Assembly: GCF_037042905.1 (NCBI RefSeq)
Contig: NC_087251.1
Coordinates: 9,054,001-9,118,000 of the forward strand
DNA from: Lytechinus pictus
Lineage: Eukaryota
Length of the DNA: 64,000 nucleotides
Reading direction: 5' to 3'
Position numbers and translations under genes: made by a program. The notes under the pieces are model-generated. The model saw nothing but the letters and a program-made list of their open reading frames with translations, had not been told where the DNA came from and searched no databases. Each line of letters begins with the position of its first letter. Positions within the stretch are counted from its first letter, which is position 1. Shown here piece after piece: positions 38,836 to 50,717 of this stretch.

Positions 38836-39633
38836 CAGAAGCGGATCTAGAGGGGGGTTGCAACCCCCCCAAAAAAAAAATCCGGGGACCATTTTTTTAA
38901 ATCTTATCTTTTTTTTTAAACTTGTAATTTCATTTTATTATATTTCTATGTATTTATTTCATTTATTATTATTATTATTATTATTATTTCTTTTTGGGGG
39001 AGGGGGGGTTGGGCGAACAAATGTCACAGAGTCCCCCCCCCCCCCCCATCAGCTTTTTTTGAGGACACGGGCCACCGCCGAAGTGACAAGCTAGGCCAGC
39101 GTTGCCGATTCTCATCCCCAAAATCCCCACATTAAAAAAAAAAAATTAAAAAATGGGGGATTGTTGAAGTCTTTGGGGATGAAAAATAAATATTTGGGAA
39201 TGAAAATAATATTGAGTTTTATGAAAAACGAATTTGGGGATTTTCTGTCAAAATTTGGCAACTTTGGGGATATTTTAAGTGTCGTTTGGGTGGGGATTTT
39301 GTTCATAATAAAAGTACTAGGCTAACAGTGCTTATTCCAAGGTCCCCAATTCTTTGTATCTGTGTTGTTAACTGGCCTTACATTGCAGGAAAATGCAACT
39401 TAATTTTACAAATTTTCATGGGGGTTAATTTGGCAACGACCTCTATACCAAAAAGAGTGGTGTTTTAGATGCAAGAAAACGCCATTTTCACACACAGATG
39501 TTCAAAAATTTTCCCTAGGGGGGACACCCCCCTCCCACACCCTCCCCCCTCGCTCGCTTGGACTCGGTCGCTACGCTCCCTCGCATACCACCCCAACCCC
39601 CCCCCCCTTTATAAAAAGCTGGATCCGCCCCTG
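38836..39633. mobile_element. MITE with CAGRRGCGGATCYAG TIRs and 5-bp TSD, long copy
   Basis: TTGGG duplicated; both ends nearly identical to 16591-16890. Confidence 0.82.
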
Positions 39634-40058
39634 TTGGGGGTGGGGTAAATAATAAAAAAATAATGTCATGTTTAAAGACAAACATGAACATGTTATTTTA
39701 CTTCTTCCTGTACTTTTGATTTCTCCATCCGTTTCTGATTCCGTAAATGTACAATACTTATGACGAGCATTCTTTTCTAAATTTTATTAGTGAGGATTGG
39801 CATGCATTTGCCCATTGTCAATGTGCCACCGAGTTGCAGATTTTGTGCTTATTTGTTCAGATTATGATTGAGCCCAAAATTATAAGATAGGGTCCTTCTC
39901 ACAAGCCTATATTCTCTCATGTTCTTAAAAACATTCATGTTATTATGTAAATGTTACATGTTTGGTTTTTAATAATAATCATTCACGATAGATAACTTTG
40001 ACTATTCATATTTATAATTAGAGATTCTCTTAGAATCAGACACACCACTCTTGCACTT

Positions 40059-40231
40059 CAGGGGCCGCGGAACGGTTTTCAAAGTGGGGGGGGGGGGGGC
40101 TGAGCCAAAAGTGGGGGGCTGACCATGCTAAAAATCACAATCATATGGTAATTTTTACGTTTTTTGTACACGGTTTTGGAAAAAATGGGGGGGGGGGGCT
40201 GAAGCCCCCCCCCCCAGTTCCGCGGCCCCTG
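40059..40231. mobile_element. Small MITE with CAGGGGCCGCGGAAC TIRs and 5-bp TSD
   Basis: CACTT duplicated; perfect 15-bp TIR. Confidence 0.8.
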
Positions 40232-40345
40232 CACTTCCCCTACATTTGCACTTGCATCAGCTTCGATCCATTACTTATCTTGCCGATAACTACAAAACAT
40301 GCATTATAACCAAACATGATTATTCTAGAATATGTACTAATTTAA

Positions 40346-40940
40346 AGGGACAAGTCCATCCCAACAAAAAGTTGATTTGAATAAAAAGATAAAATCCAAC
40401 AAGCACAACACTGAAAATTTCATCTAAATCGGATGTAAAATAAGAAAGCTATGACATTTTTAAGTTTCGCTTGATTTTACAAAATAGTTATATGCACATC
40501 CTGGTCGGTATGCAAACTGATGACATCACTCACTCACTATTTCTTTGGTATTTTATTATATGAAATATGAAATATTCTAATTTTCTCCTCATTGTCCTGT
40601 GAAACAAAGTTTTATTTTGCCCTGAACATGTGGAATTACCATTGTTTAACATTTTATGGTTCAGTCATGTTGGTCCTTATTGTCAAATCTGTAAAAATTG
40701 AAATATTGTATAATTCAAACAAAAAAAATCAAAAGAAATAGTGAGTGAGGGACATCATCGATTCTCTCATTTGCACGTGACTAAATTGTACATATAATTA
40801 TTTTGAAAAAAATAAGCGAAACTTTAAAATGTCATAACTTTCTTAGTTTTCATCCGATTTCGATGGAATCTTCAGCATTATGCTTTTCTGATTTTTCTCT
40901 ATTTATTCAAATCAATATTTTCCTGAAATGGACTTGACCT
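40346..40940. mobile_element. Same TTAA MITE family, inverted copy
   Basis: TTAA|AGGGACAAGTCC...GGACTTGACCT|TTAA. Confidence 0.82.
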
Positions 40941-41046
40941 TTAAGTTAAACCCGACTTTAACTTTGACCTGTATTTTCAAATACTTGTGTATTGCAATAA
41001 TTCTGCATGAACCATGTATACCTGAGTTGGAAATATTCCCTCGTGT

Positions 41047-41318
41047 CAGGGGCGGATCCAAGATTTTTCGAAAGGGGGAGGGGGCACATTTTCCCTAGGA
41101 AAGATTTGACAAGCAAAAAAAAGGGGTTAAACAAAAATTAGGGTATTTCGTCCACGAAAAAATATGACAAGCAAAAAAAAAAAACCAAAATCTTCACTTT
41201 CAAAAGGGAGGGGGGCACACTTCTGTTTTTAAGGCATTTTTACATTAAAATTTTTAATTAATCTCAAGGGGGCACGGGCCGCCTAGGCGCGCCTGTGCCC
41301 CTCCTGGGTCCGCCAGTG
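41047..41318. mobile_element. hAT-like MITE about 300 bp upstream of the YY1 start
   Basis: CAGGGGCGGATCC and CACTGGCGGACCC TIRs; 8-bp TSD CCTCGTGT/CCTCATGT. Confidence 0.78.
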
Positions 41319-41502
41319 CCTCATGTTGACATATTTTCATCATATTTTGTTTTGTGTATATACACTGCATCTACATGTGTGTTAACCAGTGAAAAAGAAT
41401 TTCTTTTATGGACAATAAATCCATTCAATTCATTCATTCAATCAAAATAATCGGCCGCAAAACAAAATGTTCTGTATCATCAGACTAGTCACTGCTTTAA
41501 TT

Positions 41503-41526
41503 GTCACGTGACTGAACCTCGCGAGA
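41503..41526. promoter_or_regulatory. YY1 proximal promoter motifs: palindromic E-box GTCACGTGAC and CCTCGCGAGA (BANP/CGCG-type element, 1 mismatch)
   Basis: Motif matches about 90-110 bp upstream of the first ATG, in a CpG-rich patch. Confidence 0.55.
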
Positions 41527-41613
41527 AATCGTGAGATTTCTGTCTACGTCACGACCCCCTGCGATGATGAGACGAACTTGGCTGCCAAAACTGGAAGCAG
41601 AAGAAAATCCAAC

Positions 41614-42175
41614 ATGGACGCCGAAGAAGTTGACATTGAGCTGCCCTATATTACGGCCAAAATGGCGGCTGATCCGGACATTATTAATACTGCAATTGAA
41701 TTACCTGTTCAAGAGGTGGAAATAGAGAGCATACCAATGGAAAATATTGAGGGCATAACGACTGAAAATATAGTTACAATACCAGTACACGGAATAGGAC
41801 AAGTGGAAACGGTGGAATGTGAAACTGTCGATGGAATTGAATGTCAACCCATCTCGATTCACCATTTAACAGATCGTGAAGAAATAGTTCTCCAGACTCG
41901 AGAGGAAATCGTTGGAGATGTTGATGATTTGACAGGTTCTAGTTATATAATTGATGCAGATTCTGTCCCTGTTCCAGTACCAAATTCAGACTTATCTGAC
42001 GAAACATTAGCTGGTCCAAGCAGACGGAAAAAGGGGAAGAAAAATTCGCGAACGAGAGTCTTGGCGAGTGGGGAGTTGTCTTTTGACTCAGAAAAGAACA
42101 CCAGAAAATGGGAACACAAGCAAGTTCAAATCAAAACTCTGGAAGGGGAATTTTCAGTGACGATGTGGGCTTCAG
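41614..42175 (+). CDS. YY1: YY1 exon 1 (acidic N-terminus plus REPO); alternative start ATG at 41662
   Basis: ccaacATGg context; donor gtgggt at 42176. Confidence 0.92.
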
Positions 42176-42498
42176 GTGGGTGATATTTTTCTTCAGAATA
42201 ATTTGCAAAAACGTCAGATTAAACGATCTTTGCATCGCCCTTCCCTCAACGTGCATTCCTCAGCTGCAACTGCAATGCGAATGCCGTAGTGGAATTCTCG
42301 ATCACACACACGCAAAACGAATGAGCGAACGCTTACGCAGAACTCGCACTCTATTTTCCGTTCATCAAAATATCAAAGCGTCTCCATCAACTAAAATGTC
42401 CATTTCAAAGAACATATTTGATATGAATGATCACATGAATAACCAAAGGGTCTAATCGACCCAAAATCTTGAATGTTGGATTTGTTTTGATGTGATTT

Positions 42499-42556
42499 CG
42501 GCCATGTTTTTGTCATGGGCGCAGCCATGTTACAAAATGGCGTTTTCAAAATGGCG
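42499..42556. promoter_or_regulatory. Cluster of four YY1-binding motifs in YY1 intron 1
   Basis: CGGCCATGTT (42499), GCAGCCATGTT (42521), CAAAATGGCG (42533), CAAAATGGCG (42547). Confidence 0.75.
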
Positions 42557-43818
42557 AATTTCGGAGAGGGTTTTTGGAGGGCTACTCGTCAAAAAAACAG
42601 ATTTTGCGTTGGGGATATATCTCATTTATTGACTTGTCGGTAATTATCAAACTCCTTTAATGTTATCTGATTTTTTAAATATCTTATATTAGTGCAGTTT
42701 AAAGCATTTTATCCTTATAACCCTCAAAACTATACATGTTTTCGGTTGTTTCCTTGACCTGCTTGAATTGAGTGCAGAAACTGCACACAGTGTACGCCTA
42801 TGTCGGCGCACTGGGCCCTCGCCCGATCGCCAAGGCGTGGATCGTGTGATTGGGGTGTCATTTCTTTATGCCGTGTCGTGGTTCTTGCACATGCAGTTGC
42901 TCGAGGCTGAGCCATCATGGCCATGGGGCTGGCTTGGTGACGTGACTAGTCTAGGGGTGCCGCAATTTAATTTTCTAGTTTGACATTGTTTCATTTGTCA
43001 ATGTTACCCATTTCTAAAACATTTCAGTTTTCTAATGATTTTTAAAATATATTTTTAGAATATTTCATTGAAAAAGTCAAAGATGATTGATTTTTGTTGT
43101 TTCATTTTAAGTAGCTTTGAGCTTTCTTCCCCGTAATGTTTTTTTTTCCTTTCTTCATCCTGTCTTCTAGTTCTATCCTTGCTTCATGCATTTTTTCATT
43201 CCATCTGTCTTTCTTACTTTCATGTCTTTCTCTGTGTCCATTTATTTTCTTTAAATTTCTTTTATTTATTTTTTCCTTCTGTTTTCTTCTATTTTTTTAA
43301 AACTTTAAATGTATTTCTTTCAATCTTGTTTTCCTTAATTTTCTTTGCTTCTTTCATTTTCACTTCCTCTCTTTTTTCTTTCCTCCCTCTCTTTCCTTCA
43401 TTCTTTCTTCCCTTCACTCTTTCCTACCTCTTAATTGTTCATCGTTTAGACTTTAGTTCATTCTTTCTTTTCTTTTATCCTTTCTGTTTTGCTTTCCCTT
43501 TAATATTCTACATTATCTATTCTTCATTGAATTTCCTTTCTTCAATTCTGTGCTTATATTTATTTTTTTCTTTCTATATTTTTTGCTTGCTTTCTTTCTT
43601 TCTTGCTTTTCTATCAAAGAATGAAAGAAATCTTTTCTTCTTTCCTTCATTCTCTCTTACCTCCTTTCTTTTTTCTTTCTTTTTACTGTCCTTCAGTTTT
43701 TATTTCCTTCTCCCTTCATCGTGGTATATCCCAAAACATTGTTGGTTATGAAAAGTTCATCACTATTTACCACAACACTGCCCGTCTTGCTTTAAACCAA
43801 CTAGAGCTTGGCAAGTTT

Positions 43819-46664
43819 CCGGGGGGGGGGGGGGGGGGGGGCAACTTCCATTGACGAGTGGATACCATACGCGACCATGAGATCTCAAAAAGCACCCTAA
43901 ACACGTATTTTCCATATTCTGAAAATGCACCCCTTAACAAGTATTGGCGTGTGAAACCCTACCCTTAACAAGTATTTGAAACAAAACTCTATTGGCAAGT
44001 ATTCCCAGAATTGAACCCCAAACCAAGTACAGCGATATTTCAATTGCTATGTCACGGACGTCGGTCGTCGGTTTTACCTTTACTGTACATCATTGGGTTT
44101 AGTACAGCCGCGCAAATCGTACTCTAAACACGTATAATGTTGACTCTTGGGGCAAAAAGTACATCCTTTATAAAACATTTTAGTCTTGATTTTTTATACC
44201 CTCGCAAATTTGACCCTAAACCAAGGCTCGACATTAGCGGTGGCCCGGGGCCACCAGAAATTCACCTCGGGCAACCATTATTGATAAAATGTTAAGTTTT
44301 GGTGGCCCGAATCGGGCAACCAATAATTTTCAAAGTAGCGCAATTTTTCTCCCGATTTTGCACGCATTTATCAACTTTCTACAGTTCAAATTGCAACCCA
44401 GTTTGTCATGCGCCCTTTTTGTTGATCTACACACAAATACACACACACAAAGTTTGCATATTAGGCCTACAGCTATAGCATACAGTAGCTATTATCCAGC
44501 CAGCCGCGCCGGCCGGCTGGCATGAGCTTTGCATGAAGCCACTGCATACAGCTGTGCTCTAGATCTAGCTCAGCCTATTCAGACTCCGGGAGCTGCGATT
44601 AAAAATGTTGCTGCTAAGAAATCTTCCACAGAACTTTGAAAATCTGAGTCAAAGTCACATTTTACACCAATGAAATGACATTCTACAGTCTATATTACAA
44701 AAATTTGGTGTACCCTGATTATTTGCAAGCATTAAGAAGAGGAATTATGACCTCTCTTTTGACTACAAAAGACCGATTTCCAAATGAATTAATACACATA
44801 AAAACACATAGGAAAGTACATCACAGTCCCACGTGTGCATTTGTATGTATGTTGATACTTGGTTTCTTTCGAAGCTGTGTCTTTTCTAGCCAAAAATAAA
44901 CAGACAGTTTCTTTCTTTCTTGTTTATAAATGACTTCTTAAGGACGTCATTTTTATTAGAGCAAATGTGCTTTTTAAAACACCAAAAATGCGCCGAATGC
45001 TTAGTATCTATGTGAAGAAAAAATCAAAACTACTCTACCATTTATTCAAACTCGGGGTAATATTCGTGATTCTTGGCAGCACTGCAGAGTAAAGTATTTT
45101 GAAATTGTAGAGAATATTTTTTTGAATGGTCCATTGAATAATTCCATTTTTTTATCTTCATGAAATAACGCATCGGATCTGCAGTTAAAGTGCAGAAGAT
45201 GAGAAAAATCAGCTTATACCCGCAGCTAATTAATCACCTGTTCATCCATTGTGACGTCAGCGCGCAGAGTGTAAACTATGCGCAGATCATAATGCGCACA
45301 AACATAACTGTGGAACGTCCTTAAACCACTCTTGAGAAAGTAAATACTTTGGGAAGGCATTTCATTGATATGAAATGTGAATTTTCCAATATTTTGGCAA
45401 ATATAGGGAAGGACTTTTCTCACCCTTTTTTCCACATATAACTTTTGCCGTTTTCTTCTTATTTTTTTTCTTTCATTTTTTTTTAGTGGTTAAACCATTT
45501 ATACCCCTTCCCATTGAATATGTCTGATTAAAAAATATGTTTCTACTGAAAATAAAATAATACAAACTAAAGGATATAAAAATAGAAATGTGCCATTCCC
45601 AGAAGATAAGTGAAAATTATTTGCTTGGCTTTTAATTATATTCCAGTCAGAATAGACTGTTGCCACAGCTGTTAAAAATATTTGTAATGGCTTCTTAATT
45701 TTCCCCTTTTCCCCATGTTTATATTAATTTTGTTTTATTCATTTTTCTTTCACTTTCTTTTCTTTTTTTTTTCTCTATAAATTTTTTCTTTTCTTTTTTC
45801 CCTGTTCTTTGTTTTTTCTTTCTTCATTTTCTTTCTTTTGTTTCATTTCACTTATTTCTTATTATTTTTGTTTATTTTTGTTTTCTTTTTGTAATATACC
45901 GGGTACTTTTTGAATATTATTTTCATTTGTTTCCCCCTTTTATGCATTGTTCTAATTTTGCAGCATACTTTTCTGTGATTTTCTCCTGCTATAATATGCT
46001 GCAAAAGAGAAAACAGAAATAAACTGGATTTGGGGCCTGCATAATCTAGGTTTTAGGATTAAAAGAGGAAGAAATGAAAAACCATTGTTTTGTACATCTA
46101 TCTGAGTTTGCTATGCACTATTTATTTACTTTACCATTATGAGTGTGTGTCTATACGGAGATTTAAAAAAAAAGTCCACACAACCTGCGAACAATAAAAT
46201 TCATTTATTCTCTTTCAATCATTTCATTTTTACAATGATAGAAACAATTTATATTTTACCACAAGCCAATTAGCAAAGTAAAATAACAGCAAACAAGGTT
46301 TACATACAAGATGATAAAGTGAAAGTAAATTAGTGGTAGTGGCTGCAGAATTAATATTTCAGAAGTTAGTTTTATTAATTTTTAATGTGTTTCTTTATAT
46401 TTTTCGGGCCACCAAAAAAAATTATTTGATGGTTTTGGTGGCCCGAACGGGCCACCACCAAAAAAAGTTAATGTGGAGCCCTGCCTAAACACGTAGCTTT
46501 CCTATCGAAAATAGATACCCTTTTTTCATTATTTTTTTTTCAGTGTTTTTGACACCCTTATTACGTTACGTATGTACTGTGCCCTATCTTGAAAAAGACA
46601 TCCTTTTTATGTGTTTTTTTGGTCACGCATGGTATCCACTCGTCAATGTAAGCGGCCCCCCCGG
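43819..46664. mobile_element. Same TIR family as 11632-12201 in opposite orientation, interrupted by a 2.26-kb insertion
   Basis: CCGGGG...CCCCGG ends; GCAAGTTT target duplication (43811-43818, 46665-46672). Confidence 0.85.
44222..46483. mobile_element. 2.26-kb non-coding TIR element with 7-bp TSD, nested in the previous element
   Basis: TIRs CAAGGCTCGACATTA and CAGGGCTCCACATTA; CCTAAAC duplicated; subterminal GGTGGCCCG repeats. Confidence 0.85.
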
Positions 46665-47195
46665 GCAAGTTTGTACCCAAGCCTGCTTTTCATGGACAAG
46701 CACTGATGAAGAAACTTACAGAAAGCCTTTTTTTCCTCCCTCCCTACATGTACATGTACTTTCACAGAACTGCAGCTCATAATAAACTTGCATGTACATG
46801 TACGTGTACATACATACAAATTAATTTTGATTAAACTTTAGACTCAGCGATATTTTGCGGGCAAAATTCAACTAACATTGATTGATATACAAATACATGT
46901 AATTCACAATTTATAAATGTGTTGTGTAGGCCTAGTGTTACGTGATTCAGCACATTCAAGGATATTTGAAATTTGCGAAAGCACAAGGTGTTTTTGTTAT
47001 TGTGAATACATACATTTTTGTACATCTACCCGAATTACCCGCATTGTCAACATCACAAACTTTTTTGTATAATTAAGTTTTTATTGATAAAATAATTATA
47101 CAACAACAATCAAGAAAACAATTACATTGAATATCACACATACATGTAGCATTACAATATAAACAAAAATTGAATAAAAAAGAAAATAAAATGTA

Positions 47196-48904
47196 ACTAG
47201 AATTTTAATTCGTCATGAGGACGAATTAGGTGATCTGTCTCTGATTTCATGATCAGGAAGACAATCAGCATGCTTATTGAGATCAATATGATCATCATGA
47301 TGAGAACTGAACTTCTCTTACAAAAAGAACGTGTTGGATACTCTTGAAAAAGAGGGAAATGAAAAAGTTGTGTGAAAAAGTGTAGGTCATACACATACCG
47401 GTATTGTACAGGAACATTGTACATTAAAAGGGATTTTAATCTCTTTTATTGTCCAATGTTTTATTTAATATACATTGTAATGGTCATAAAGGACCATTTG
47501 TGAAATGTTGAAAAGAAAAAAAAAAGAAAAAAAAATTCTCCTGTTCACCCCGGCCTCCTGGGCTCGAACCCTGGACCCTGAGGACGCAAGGCTCATGCCT
47601 TACCCATTGAGCTACACACTTGCCATAGACTTACACATAAGCAAAACAAGAGGATCTCAAATCCAATTTTGCAAGTGAAATACGGGCATGATCCCGGCAT
47701 CTGATCGGAAAATGGAGACCACATTTGCGATAGCTTACAATCTCAGCTACAACATACTTCAAGCTCAGAGAAAACCGACAAAAAAAATGGAGATATGGCT
47801 CGCGAAATAGAGGAATGTAAAATCCAGTTTTGAGAAAAAGTCATTTCCAATAGAGATTGCACACAAAATGAGCGAAAATGACATACCCCTATAAATCAAC
47901 ATTTTCAGGGATAATCCGTGCCTTAAAATGTAAAAATGCCAACTCATTAGATAGAGTGAGTCCTCCGCTACAATATATAGGAAACTGAGCGAAAATTGAC
48001 CATATTTATGGAGTTAGAGTCAAATTTGCATAATTATGATGACGTCATACATGTACATGTAAGTAGCAAAATGGGAATTTTGAGTTCCGACGCCATTTTG
48101 ATGACGTCATGATAAAATTTCGGGTCAAATGTGACATGAAATCATATCTCCCATCCATACTCTATTCGAATTTGAAAAAAAATTGGGGGTCAACGGACTA
48201 CCTGGAGAGCTATAATGAGTTTTGTATAGTCATGTTTTTGCACATATATTGTCTATGGTTAGTGCGCGCGCGCGTGCGTGCTGTAAACTTTGATGGAGGC
48301 CAATTCCGATATTACTTGTCGTACATGTAGAAGGTTGATCAAGGTATCAAATTACTCAGAATTATATAATCAATGCATTGATATTTTAAAAAATGCTGAT
48401 CCTATGTTGTATAGTGCCGTTACGCGCGAGAACGCGCGCGTAACCGTGCGTTCGCGCAAATTTTTTAAATGCTTAAAATGACCTGATTCGTACTCTGGTC
48501 AAAAAGTGATTTTGAGCATTTTAAAATTTTGACGCGCGCGTACGCGCACGTCGTGACCTTTACATGACCTTTGATGACATGGACAGTTGACCCTTGACCT
48601 GAAGTTAATGTGATGTAAATATTGTTAATTTTTAAAATTGATAATGAAGATATGATTGATAATGTGATTTTACAAAATGGCGTCTAGATGACGTCATGAT
48701 GACCTTTTGACCTTGAACTTGTTTTATACACATCACATGATAAGTCATGATATCTGATGATATTCTGAAGATAATTGATGATGTAGATTTGGAGATTTTG
48801 TGCTAACAAGAAAAGGGCGGAAAATAAAGAAAAATAATAAATAAATAAACAAGAAAATTCGTACGAAATTAAGAGTTGATCTGTTGATTGACAGATCACC
48901 TAAT
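47196..48904 (-). mobile_element. Non-autonomous Helitron2/Helentron-type element in YY1 intron 1
   Basis: Minus strand: 5' TTAGGTGATCTGTC with hairpin partner; 3' GACAGATCACCTAA, then hairpin AATTCGTC-ctcat-GACGAATT, then CTAG and TT. Confidence 0.75.
47548..47619 (-). pseudogene. tRNA-derived sequence (pseudo-tRNA or SINE head)
   Basis: Minus strand GTGTGTAGCTCAATGGGTAAGGCA...CCAGGGTTCGAGCCCAGG with A and B boxes; acceptor stem does not pair. Confidence 0.6.
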
Positions 48905-49059
48905 AAAGGCACGATATGAATTTCATCACATAGAGATTAATAAAGATAAATATGAACATTTTCAGCAAATTTCAGCTCAAATCTCCTTTTGTGGAAATGA
49001 AGAGTTAGTTTACCTTGCTTTTTGGCTATCCTACATGTATATACTCTGTTTCTAGATTT

Positions 49060-49932
49060 TAAAAGCTTGGTAGGTGGGAGAGTTATTTTGGAATTGACAA
49101 ATATAAATAAAATATTTCAGTAAAAGAAAAATATAACTTATAAGTCACTACAAATCTATCGTCCTTATATCCAAACATTCTTTCAAAGGGTGTAAATTTG
49201 ATGTTATTATGCATTTTCATATTTATAGATTTTATCACTTCCAAAGAGGTTGAATGTGGGTGCATTTCATAAACAAATGTAAAAATGTTTCTTGTTTGCT
49301 TTTACAAAAATCGCAATTTGGAGAGTCCTTTCTTTTAATCTTGTATAAAAAGAAATTAAGGGCAATTGCTCTATGAAAGAATTTAAAATAAAAAGAACGA
49401 AAACGTGTATTGATCGAACATTTAAAAATTTTCAGATGAATTTCTTTCCAATTCAAAGGTACATCTTTACAGAGAGCATTCCAGTATGATAAGGAATTTT
49501 CAGGAATACAGTCCTCCAACATGGTATTATACACATATTTAGGAACTTGGATGTTTGCATAAGTTTGGATTTGGTCCTACATGCATCAAAACTATCATGC
49601 TTGTTGAAATCAGAGCTAGAAATCCAGCCTTCTGGAATATTTTTCATGAAAAAAATTATATTTCCTCCTGTGTGTAAATTAACACCATAATCGAAAACAA
49701 TGTCTTCAAATAATTTACTGCCTGGAATAGGAGGATCAAGTAAATTGTTGATATACATGTAAATCAAATCTTTATCCAGCCAGTCTTCATATAAAAAGTA
49801 TTGTTTTGATTTGGATCTAATATTCCTGTTAAACCATAAGCATTGACATGAGCCAATTTCAAAATATTTGACACCAAATTCGTCCTTGAATGTCAACATC
49901 AAAAACTTAGAAATGTGCATGTTTTTATTCAA
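49060..49932 (-). mobile_element. L1/Tx1-type LINE ORF2 C-terminal fragment
   Basis: LWFNRNI...W.DK..IY..INNLL; FRSFYFKFFHRAI...SPNCDFCK...ETFLHLFMKC (CCHC knuckle); frameshifted. Confidence 0.8.
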
Positions 49933-50492
49933 CGGGTCGGAAGGATGAATTTGTAGTGGAAACGTTTGATTTCCACCAAATTTTCGAGGGATTGCATGAA
50001 GAGATCACACCCATACCTACTTTTTGTTATGACATCACAGGCATATCTAGTACTGGTATGTGCAGCATCAATAGACTTCTTTGAGAGAACACATATTTCA
50101 GATGGTCTCTTTAATAGTATACATGCTAAAAATGATGCACAAAAAAGGGAACAACGCTGCATAAAAATGTACGGATGGGAGGTTTTGTAGAATTAAAGCA
50201 TGAACACACGATTTGTATATTGCTACATCCTGTAACCAGTTTTATCAAACCAAATATCGACCAGCAACATCCTCTATATTTGTTTGGTTTATGTTTGTTC
50301 TTCATTTTAAACTTATTGAGGACACTGAGGGATAAGCTTATATGTGTACATGTACTTCTGAGGGTGGTTTATCATTGAGGAATATAATGGAATGACTGAA
50401 CTTTGTTAAATTTCCATTTATTACATGTATGATGTACAATCCTTTAAAAAATGAGGTGAGAAGTCTAACTGAAATGAATTTGATTTTGTTGA

Positions 50493-50717
<225 letters not shown>

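Noticed and set aside
41578..41613. N-terminal extension of YY1 from a TTG start in the ORF track
   Set aside because: Prokaryote-style start call; the first ATG in good context is at 41614.
43179..43751. 190-aa hydrophobic Phe/Leu/Ser ORF resembling a membrane protein
   Set aside because: Low-complexity pyrimidine-rich intron DNA; same artefact at 37153-37664.
47548..47619. Functional tRNA gene
   Set aside because: A and B boxes are present but acceptor and anticodon stems do not pair properly, and it is embedded in a transposon.
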